A stretch of 64,000 bases of DNA from Anaeramoeba ignava BMAN. Lineage: Eukaryota; Protista; Anaeramoebae. The notes under the pieces are model-generated. The model did not search any database and was not told the origin of the DNA. It worked only from the letters and a program-made list of their open reading frames with translations. The translations under genes and the position numbers were made by a program. The stretch is from the NCBI GenBank assembly GCA_028826165.1, contig JAPDFW010000127.1, forward strand, positions 1 through 64,000, read 5' to 3'. Shown here piece by piece: positions 45,817 to 56,034 of this stretch (the first letter of the stretch is position 1; every line of letters starts with the position of its first letter).

Positions 45817-48800
45817 ATGAAAGAACCAGAAATTTGTCCAATTTGTTTTAAAAATTATTCAAATGAAAGAAAACCAATGATTATTTGCAAAAAAAGTCAC
45901 AATATTTGTTCTCTTTGCACAACAAAAATGGATCATTGCATTTTTTGTCAAAGTTCATTTAATCATTTCAAACCATTTGTGAATGAATCTTTATTGAAAT
46001 TTATTAAATCAATTCAAAAAAAAGCAAATGAACAAATTATTCCATTTATTCCAATTTCAGAATTAGAAATTAAATCAGAACCTTTTGCTACAGGAGGAAC
46101 TGCTCAAATGTTCAAAGCAAAATGGAAAGGAAAAGATGTTGCTATCAAAAGATTAATGTTTCTAAATGATCCAAAAAAAAATCAACAATTTGAAAACGAA
46201 ATTAAATTAGGAATGAAATTAGATCATCCTCATATTATCAAAACGTATGGAAAAACTCAAATGGATACTGTTTTGGGGATTATAATGGAATATGCAGAAC
46301 AAGGAGATTTATCTAAAAAAATTCCAAATTTAAAATATGAAGAACAAATTGAATATTCTTTACAAATTATTGAAGGAATTGAAGTTTTACATTCAAATTT
46401 AATTATTCATCGTGATTTGAAACCTGAAAATATCTTAATATCAAATAATCAAGCAAAAATTACTGATTTTGGAATTTCAAAAGTAAGAGAACACACTTTA
46501 CAAGTTACTTCAGCTATAGTTTCACTTGGTTATTCTGCTCCAGAAATGTTTGAACAAGGAAAAAAATATGATAATTCTTGTGATATTTTCAGTTTATCAA
46601 TGATTTTATATGAAATTTTCTCAAAGAAAAAAGCTTTTGAAAATATAAAACCTGTAATGATTCCACTCAAATTAATACAAGGAGAAAGACCTGAATTTCC
46701 AAATAATTTCCCAAAAGAATTAAGTGAATTAATTAAAAAAGGATGGAGTTCAAATCCAAAAGAAAGATGTTCATTAAATGAATTTACTGAATGTTTAAAT
46801 ATGATGAAAAATAGAAGTAATTTTTAATTTTTAAATCAAAATAATTTCTTTTCCAAATCTCATCATTTTTTTTTTCAATTTAATTCATTCAAAAAAAAAA
46901 AATCAAAATCGAAATCAAAAAACCAAAACTATTTTTTTCACAAATTTGTTTACAAATACAAACTAATCAAAATCAAAAAAAACGAATCAAACACAAATAT
47001 TTCATCAATTACTTTATTTTAATCAAATTTCTAATAATAATTTTGGGAATCAATTTCAAGAAAATCAAAATGTATTTATAATTTTATTTCCAAAAATAAA
47101 TAATCAAATAAATTATTTAATAATAACAAAAATATCTAAATTTAAAAATATAAATTAATTTATAATTTGATTTTAAAAAAATTTTTTAGATTTCAAAATT
47201 ATCTCAAAATGAAAACCAAGAAATTTGTCCAATTTGTTTTAAAAATTATTCAAATGAAAGAAAACCAATGATAATTTGTCAAGAAAGTCATAATATTTGT
47301 GTTCATTGTGTCAAAACACTTAACAGTTGTCCTTTTTGTAAAAGTTCATTTAATCATTTCAAACCAATTGTGAATGAATCTTTATTATCCTTTATTAAAT
47401 CAATTCAAAAAAATACAAATGAACAAATTATTCCATTTATTCCAATTTCAGAATTAGAAATTAAATCAGAACCTTTTGCTACAGGAGGAACTGCTCAAAT
47501 GTTCAAAGCAAAATGGAAAGGAAAAGATGTTGCTATCAAAAGATTAATGTTTCTAAATGATCCAAAAAAAAATCAACAAATTGAAAATGAAATTAAATTA
47601 TCAATGAAATTATCACATCCTCATATTATCAAAATGTATGGAAAAACTGAAATGGATAATAAGATGGGGATTATAATGGAATATGCAGAACAAGGAGATT
47701 TATCTAAAAAAATTCCAAATTTAAAATATGAAGAACAAATTGAATATTCTTTACAAATTATTGAAGGAATTGATTATTTACATTCAAATTTAATTATTCA
47801 TCGTGATTTGAAACCTGAAAATATCTTAATATCAAATAATCAAACAAAAATTACTGATTTTGGAATTTCAAAAGTAAGAAAACACACTTTACAAGTTACT
47901 TCAGCTATTATTTCACTCCATTATTCTGCTCCAGAAATGTTTGAACAAGGAAAAAAATATGATAATTCTTGTGATATTTTCAGTTTATCAATGATTTTAT
48001 ATGAAATTTTCTCAAAGAAAAAACCTTTTGAAAATGAAAATTTTGCGATGATTTCACTCAAATTAATACAAGGAGAAAGACCTGAATTTCCAAATAATTT
48101 TCCCAAAAGAATTAAGTGAATTAATCAAAAAAGGATGGAGTTCAAATCCAAAAGAAAGATGTTCATTAAATGAATTTACTGAATGTTTGAATATGATGAA
48201 AAATAAAAGTAATTTCAATATTTAATTAAATGAAAAACTAAACAAAATTAAAATTAAAATTAAAATTAAAATTAAAATTAAAATTAAAATTAAAATTAAA
48301 ATTAAAATTAAAATTAAAATTAAAATTAAAATTAAAATTAGGACCAAAACCAAAAATAAAACGAGAACTGAAACCAATAATAGATTCAATAATAGATTCA
48401 AAACAAAAAATAAAAACAGTCGATTTGAGTGTAAAACATTGATATTTAAAAATATGAAAAAAAAAAAGAATTAAATTTTCAATAATTTCCATTTCAAAAA
48501 AATAATACAATAAAATCAGGATTCTCAAAAAACACTCGATGAACTAATAACAACAGTACGAACTTTGGAAATCCAAAAAGAAAAAAAACAAAAATCTCGA
48601 GAAGCAAAAAAAAATGCATTCAAAGAACTTAAACCTTATTTTCAAAAACTTCGAGATTCAATTCGCAAACATGATGAAAGTAAATATTTATCCATATTGT
48701 TTAAATCAAATGAAAAAATGTGTAAAATGAATTAATTCAATCCATTTCATTTTTTTTAATTAAAAGATAACTTAGAAAAATTAGAAGAAATTGATATTGA

Positions 48801-51800
48801 TTTTATTTTTCAATCTATGAATGCTTTTCCAATATATCAATTTATTCAAGAAAGTTGTTGTATGGCTATAAGAAAATTCACTGAAACCGAAACAAGTACA
48901 AATTGTTAAATCCATTTTAATTTTCAAAATTCTATTAATTTTTCTTTCCAAAAAAAAAAAAAAAGGAATTTCATTTGATTTTTCAGATTTTAATGGATTT
49001 GATTTAGTTATCAAAGCAATGAATAATTTCCCATTCAAAAGATTTCTCCAACTTCAATCTTTGTTAATTTTTATTCAAATGGGAAAATCAAGTTGTAAAT
49101 TTAATTTTAATCCAAAAAACAAAAAATTTAATTAATCCAAAAAAACAAAAAATTAATCCAAAAAACAAAGCAAATAGAAGCCAAATTAAACGCTATTCTG
49201 GACCTGATACAATATTTTCAACAATCACTAATTTTCCACAAGATAATGATATTTTTCGTACAGGATATGAAGCTTTAAAAACTTTAGAATTTGGTCAAAA
49301 TCGTAAATTTACATTTTTCAATTAAAAAACAAAATAAATAATTCAATCTTTTTTTTCTTTTTTCATTTTAATAATTAATTTTCCTTTCTTTTATTTTAAT
49401 CAAATTATTTGAAAAACAAATAGATATTACTTACAACCTTAATTTAAAGAAAAGTACAAATTTTATTTCATTTTTCCAAAACCAAAAACAAAAAAAAATT
49501 ATAATTTGAAAAATTATGAAATTATTTTTATTAGATCATGTGGAAAAAAGAGAACGAGAGAAATTAAAATCATTACAAACAGAATTTGATAAAACAAAAT
49601 ATGTAAATCACATATTTTTAACAGGAATTTATTCATTTATTTATTCATTTATCATTCATTTTTCTTTCTTTTTTTTAAATAGTTTTTTGATTTTTGGTCA
49701 CAAGTAAACTTCCTTTCTTCCAAATAATTTGATTAAAATAAGAGGAAAATTCATTTAATCAACATTTCAAACAATTTTTGTTTTTTTTTTTTGATTTATT
49801 TTTGATTAAAAATTTTAGGAATCTTTATTTCATTTCTATGCAAAAAAGAACGAAGAACTTGATTTTGGAATTTTACAAATTTTTTTGAAAAAAAAATCAG
49901 ATATCACTAAACTCGATGTATAAATTATTTTATCCAAATTTCTAAAACAAAACATAACAATTTTTTTCTTATTAAATTTTAATTCCTTTTTTTTTAAAAA
50001 AAAATATTAAAATTATAAAAATCTAGAAAGTAATTCTAAATCAAAAAAATAAATACTTGACTAAATTTTTCAACTCATTTTAATCTCTTTTATTTATTTT
50101 GTAGACTATATTCCAAAAAAAAGCAGATGTACAAAAAGCAATTTTATCAAAATATTTTCTTGAATTTATTTGAATTTATTTATATTGTTTTTTTTAGAAA
50201 GTAATTCATATTTTAATTTTATTTAGAAAGAAAATTCTCATTTTTTCTTTTATTTTTCTTCTTCTTTAAATATTTAAAAAGAATACACCAATTCATTATT
50301 TATGTCAAAATGAATCAATTAATTTGAGGATAATAAAATTAATGTGCGATTATAAGGCTAATTTTAATTTGAAAGGAGTAAATTTTGGATTTTATTTTTT
50401 TTTCTTATTAATCCTAAAAATATTCATTTCTTTCTTTCTTAAAAAAAAATTAAAAATTTTTAGACAGTAAAATATAAATATCATTAAAAAATTGAAATAA
50501 CAAATAATCTAAAACAAATTGAAATCAAAACAAAAAGAATGTAAAATTAAAAAATATTTATAAATTGAATTGAATGAAAAATTTATACATTTATAAAATG
50601 ATTGAGATAGGAAGTAAAAAATAAAATAAAATAAAATAAAAATTCAATTATTTATCTCAAATTCTTTTCAATTAAATTATTTAAAAAATCAAAGTTAACA
50701 CCATTACATTATTTATGCCAAAATCCATCAATAAATTTCAAAATCATTAGATTATTAGCAAATCATAAAGCCGATTTTACTTTTAAAGGAGTAAATTTAT
50801 TTTTAATTAATTTTTAATTTATTTTTAATTTATTTTATTAATAATTGAATAGAAAGTAATCTCATTAATTTAAATTAACAAAATTCCTTTATTATTTTCT
50901 GAAATTCCAAAAAAAAAATTTAAAACAAATTGAAATCAAAACAAAAAGAATGTAAAATTAAAAAATATTTATAAATTGAATTGAATGAAAAATTTATTCA
51001 TTTATAAAATGATTGAGATAGGAAGTAAAAAATAAAATAAAATAAAATAAAAATTCAATTATTTATCTCAAATTCTTTTCAATTAAACTATTTAAAAAAT
51101 CAAAGTTAACACCATTACATTATTTATGCCAAAATCCATCATTAAATTTGGAAATCATTACATTATTAGCAAATCATAAAGCCGAGTTTACTTCTAAAGG
51201 AGTAAATTTATTTTTAATTTATTTTTAATTCATTTTTAATTTATTTTATTAATAATTGAATAGAAAGTAATCTCATTAATTTAAATTAACAAAATTCCTT
51301 TATTATTTTCTGAAATTCCAAAAAAAAAAGGATGTAAAAATATTCTTTTTTTTTTTTTTGCTTCTTAAAATCTTAAAAAAAAATTCATAAAAAAAAAAGG
51401 AAGTAAAAATATAATAAAAATAAAAATAATAGAAACTAAATTTACAAAAAAAAATAAACAAAAAAAAGGATACACCAATACATTACCTTTTTCAAAATCC
51501 ATCAATAACAACAGAGATTATTAAATTCTTCATTGAAAAAGGATATAGTTTTGATACTCAAAATGTAAGTAAATAAATATTTAATTTACACTTCTTTTGA
51601 AATAAAGTTTTTGATAAATTTTTCAAAATTATTTCCCAAATAGAGTGTAAAAAATATCATTTCAAGATGATCAAAAAAAAGTTCATTTTTCTTTTCATTC
51701 CATTTTTTTATATGGGAAATAGTTTGTAAAAATTTAACTATTTTTAAATTCAAAAAAAAAATGAATTAAAATTAAATTTGAATTTGAAATTTAATTGTTT

Positions 51801-54669
51801 CTTTTCCTCAAAACTCATTTTTAGCAAGTAATTCATTTTTTTCTTCATCTTCACATAATTTTTCAATAATATTAATTTAACATTTCTCATATAATTCCAA
51901 AAGATGTCTCCTATTCATTATTTGTGTAAAAACCCATCAATTACATTTGAAATGATTTATGCATTAGTTCAAAGTGGAGTAATTAATTGGAATTTAGGTG
52001 GAGTAAGTTTTTATTTCTTAAATTTTTATTAAAAATAATAAACACATCATTTAATAACAAAATAATTTTAGCAAGTAAACTATTTAAAGAGGAAAAAAAA
52101 TGGTTTTTCTCTAATAATATTATTAAAATATAATTAAATGTATTAGCAAGTAAATACTCTTTCAAAATTTCATTCCTTTTCATTCCTTTTTATTTTTCAA
52201 TCCAAAAAAAAATAGGATGTAAAAATTATTTTTATTAATAAATAAATTCTGTTTTTATTTTCTAAATGATAATAAAAATAATAAAAATAACAATAGAATG
52301 TAAATCATTTAAATTTATTCCTTCTTCTTTTATGTTAAATATTAATTTGTTTTTGAAATGATTTTTTTTGTTTTAATAAAATAGCATGTAAATAATTTAT
52401 CGAAAATTACTTATTAAACATCAATTATAATTTCCCCTATAAAAAAAATAATAAAATTTAAAATTAGTTTGTAAAAAAAATATATATAATTAAACATTTT
52501 TTTTATTGATAAAAATTTTGAATTAATTAATTATTCCAAAAAATAAACAAATAGGATGTAAAATAAAACAATAGAAAAACATTTTTTTTAATTTATTCAA
52601 TATTAAAATTATTTTATTATTTTTTTTTACATATAAAAAAGCATACACCTTTACATGATTTATGTATCAATACTTCAGTTACCAAAGAAATTATTAAAAT
52701 ATTAATTAATAATGGAGCTGATTTTCATATTCAATGGGTAAAAATTTATAAAAAACAATTTAAAATTATATTAAATTTTGATTTAATTTTTATATAAATT
52801 AAATAGAAAGTAAATTATTTATATCATCTCAATATTTTTTATATTTTTGTTATTAAATCCTTTTTCAATCTTCTCTTTTGCTTTTTTCTTGAAAAATAAT
52901 AACAAATAGATTGTAAAATAATTAATAAAAATAAACAAAAATAAATTTAAAATTAATCATAAAATTTGTTTTTCTGATTAATTTTTATGAAACAGAAAGT
53001 AAATTAAAAATTATATAAAATTTTTTTTGGAATGATTTCTTTGTATTTAATAGAATATTTTAACAAATAGGAAGTAAAATTAGAAATTTTTAAAGAAAAA
53101 TTTAACTAAATTAAAATTTATAATAGAATGTAAATAATCTTTTTTTTTTTGATTTAATAATTAATTTAATTATTTTTTCTTTATAAATAATCAGGCAGTA
53201 ATCATTTAAAATTTTAATTAAAATGGAAAAGAAAAATCTTATTTAAGATTAAAAATTAAATTGAAATCAAGTTAGTACGTAAATCAAATTAATAAAAAAT
53301 AATGATACAATATTTATTTTTCTTACTTAAATTCTAAATAAAATAGTTTGTAAATTTTGATTTATTTTTTAATTTTGAGCAATTATTGAAAAATAAAAAT
53401 ACTTAAATTGAATCAATAGAGAGTAATAAATTATATTTAAATCATTTTCCTTTTTTCTTTTCAATAAAAAAAATTAAATAAAAAAAATTTAGGGAGTAAA
53501 TAAATTCAAAACAAAAACAAAAATAATTTCAAATAACAATAATTTAAATAATTTTCTTCATATTTTTTTTAGTATTCTCCACTTCATTTTTTATGTTTGA
53601 GCCACGTAATTACAACAGAAATAATTGATATTTTGATTCAAAATCAAGCAAATTTCAATTTACAAATTGTAAAAATCAATTTAATTATTTTCCTTTGATA
53701 ATTATTCAAATTTTTTATTTGGATTGAAAATTATTAAACAGATTGTAAATAAATCCTTTATTAATTAAAAAAAAATTTTTTAAAATTGAAGTTTAAATCT
53801 CATTTAAATTCTAAATTCTAAAATTAAATAGGATGTAAATAAATATTATTTCCAAAACAAAAACTTCAAGTTTTCACTAAAATTTAACTTTAAATTTCAA
53901 TTTAATAAATAGGAAGTAAATAAATACAAAAATAAATTGATATTTTTAAATTTTCTTTTTCTTTTTTCTTAAAATAATTCTTTAATAGGAAGTAAAAAAA
54001 ATTTATTTAAAATTAATCTTGTTTTAATTGATTGTAAACATTTTAATTTGAAATTTTTCCAAAAATAAAAGGGAGTAAATGATAAATTTATTTAATTCTT
54101 TTTTTTAGAACAAATTAATTAAATTCATTTTTGATTTCAAAATAAATAATGAATAATTGATTAAATAGCAAGTAAATCAATTTAAAAAATTAAATTTTGG
54201 TTTACTTTTTATTATTAAATCCAATTATTTAGCCTGTAAATAATAAGATAAAATTTCCAAATAATAAATGAACTAATATTTAGATAATTTGAAAATTAAA
54301 TAGGGAGTAAATTTAATCTAAAAAAAAATAATCTAAAAATATCTTAAAATAATCTTAAAAATATCTAAAAAAAATATCTAAAAAAATATCTTAAAAAAAT
54401 AATCTAAAAAAATAATCTAAAAAAATAATCTAAAAAAATAATCTAAAAAAATATCTAAAAAATATCTAAAAAATAATCTAAAAATATAATCTAAAAAAAT
54501 ATATCTTTGTTTTTAGGCAACTGTATTGCATTGTCTTTGTCAAAATCCATTAATTTCAGAAGAAATGATCAAATTATTGAAAGGAAGCAATGCTGATTTT
54601 TCTATAAAGAGTTCTTATGGAACAACACCAAAAGATTTTCTTCCTAATCATCTTCAGAAACTGATTTAA
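45817..54669 (+). CDS. Gene A: RING-kinase-RING-kinase, ARM-like repeats, 9 ankyrin repeats with 3-nt microexon arrays
   Basis: Phase-compatible GT-AG exons: 45817-46816, 47061-47071, 47190-48208 (1-nt frameshift ~48100), 48342-48430, 48520-48679, 48767-48895, 48966-49094, 49171-49302, 49424-49453, 49535-49602, 49683-49703; ankyrin exons 49819-49917, 50282-50377, 50695-50790, 51106-51201, 51469-51564, 51904-52002, 52642-52737, 53573-53668, 54517-54669(stop). TPLH-type motifs in each ankyrin exon. Confidence 0.8.
50027..54306 (+). other. Eight arrays totalling 39 single-codon (3-nt) microexons between ankyrin exons
   Basis: AG|NNN|GTA units mostly ~60-110 nt apart. Arrays read K,(24-nt TIFQKKAD),K / T,N,E / K,N,E / K,D,E / S,F,Q / Q,Q,D,N,H,F,D / K,I,K,E,N,A,Y,F,R,G / I,D,E,E,G,Q,P,G. 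None is a stop codon. Confidence 0.85.
50500..51320 (+). repeat. 411-bp tandem duplication of one ankyrin exon plus its microexons
   Basis: Constant 411-nt offsets: 50538/50949, 50611/51022, 50695/51106, 50853/51264. Confidence 0.92.
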
Positions 54670-54764
54670 AAACAAAAACAAATGATTTTTCTTTTCATTT
54701 TTTTTGGCACATTACAATTTAATTAATTTTTTTCCTTTGAATTTTGTTGGATTGGAAATCAAGT

Positions 54765-55130
54765 TCAATTTCAATTTCAAATTCAATTTCAATTTCAAAT
54801 TCAATTTCAAATTCAATTTCAATTTCAAATTCAATTTCAATTTCAAATTCAATTTCAATTTCAATTTCAATTTCAAATTCAATTTCAAATTCAAATTCAA
54901 TTTCAATTTCAATTTCAAATTCAATTTCAAATTCAAATTCAATTTCAATTTCAATTTCAATTTCAAATTCAATTTCAATTTCAATTTCAATTTCAATTTC
55001 AATTTCAAATTCAATTTCAAATTCAAATTCAAATTCAAATACAAATTCAATTTCAATTTCAAATTCAAATTCAAATACAAATTCAATTTCAATTTCAAAT
55101 TCAAATTCAATTTCAATTTCAATTTCAATT
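54765..55130. repeat. (AATTTC/AAATTC)n hexamer satellite, intergenic
   Basis: Directly visible; source of the NF/KL/SI ORFs. Confidence 0.93.
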
Positions 55131-55208
55131 AAGAAGAAGATTTTCCAATTTTTTTTACTAAATTTTTCTTTTTATTCTTCTTTTCTTCAAATTCAAAGAA
55201 GAATAAAA

Positions 55209-56034
55209 AAATTTCAAAATTCAAAAACACAAAATTATTTTCTAAATTTTTGGATTAAATTATTTTTGAATTTTAAAAAAGAATTTATTATTAATATTAA
55301 ATTAAAATTATTAAAAATAATGAAATAAAATTAATTAAAATATTTTATTTATTATTTTATTTAATTTTTAATTATAATTAATTTATTATTTTACAATAAA
55401 TTTAATTAAGAAATAATTTTAAAAAAGAATTTATTATTAATATTAAATTAAAATTGATTTAAAAATATAAATTTAAATTGAAAAAAAAATAAAAAAAGAA
55501 AATAATTGTAAATTATAAAAAGATTTTATATTCTTAAATTAATAAGAAAATTAATTATAAAAATATAATTATATGTAAATATATTATTTATTATTTACAA
55601 TAATATTATTTATTATTATATATTATTTATCATTTAAAAAAAGAAAATTGATTTTTAATTGATTAAAAATTTGATATTATTTTTTTTACTCTTTTAAATT
55701 TACAAAAAAATAACAAAAATAAAACAATTTAAATTATTCTTTATATTTTATATTCATTCCATTTATTTTATTTATTCCACTTTTTTTTTTTTTAATAAAT
55801 TTTGATCTAAAAATAAAAATAAAAAAGGAGAAAAAATAAAAAAAGGAGAAAAAAAATAATTTTTTTTTTTGGGATTTTAAAAAAAAAACAAAATTTTAAA
55901 TTAAAATTAAATTTAAAAAAAATGAAACATTCATTTTCCCTTTTTATTTTCATTTAATTTTTATTTCATTTAATTTTTATTTCATTTTCATTTAATTTCC
56001 TCTTTTTTTTTGTGTTTTTTTTTAATTTTTAAAC
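55209..56034. repeat. Upstream block duplicated near-identically at ~59889-60716
   Basis: The same ~830-bp sequence precedes ATGGAAGAACCAGAA at both 56035 and 60717. Confidence 0.9.

Noticed and set aside
50027-54306. CRISPR-like or DGR-like interpretation of the regularly spaced motifs
   Set aside because: The only conserved parts are splice dinucleotides around one codon; there are no long direct repeats, cas genes or reverse transcriptase.
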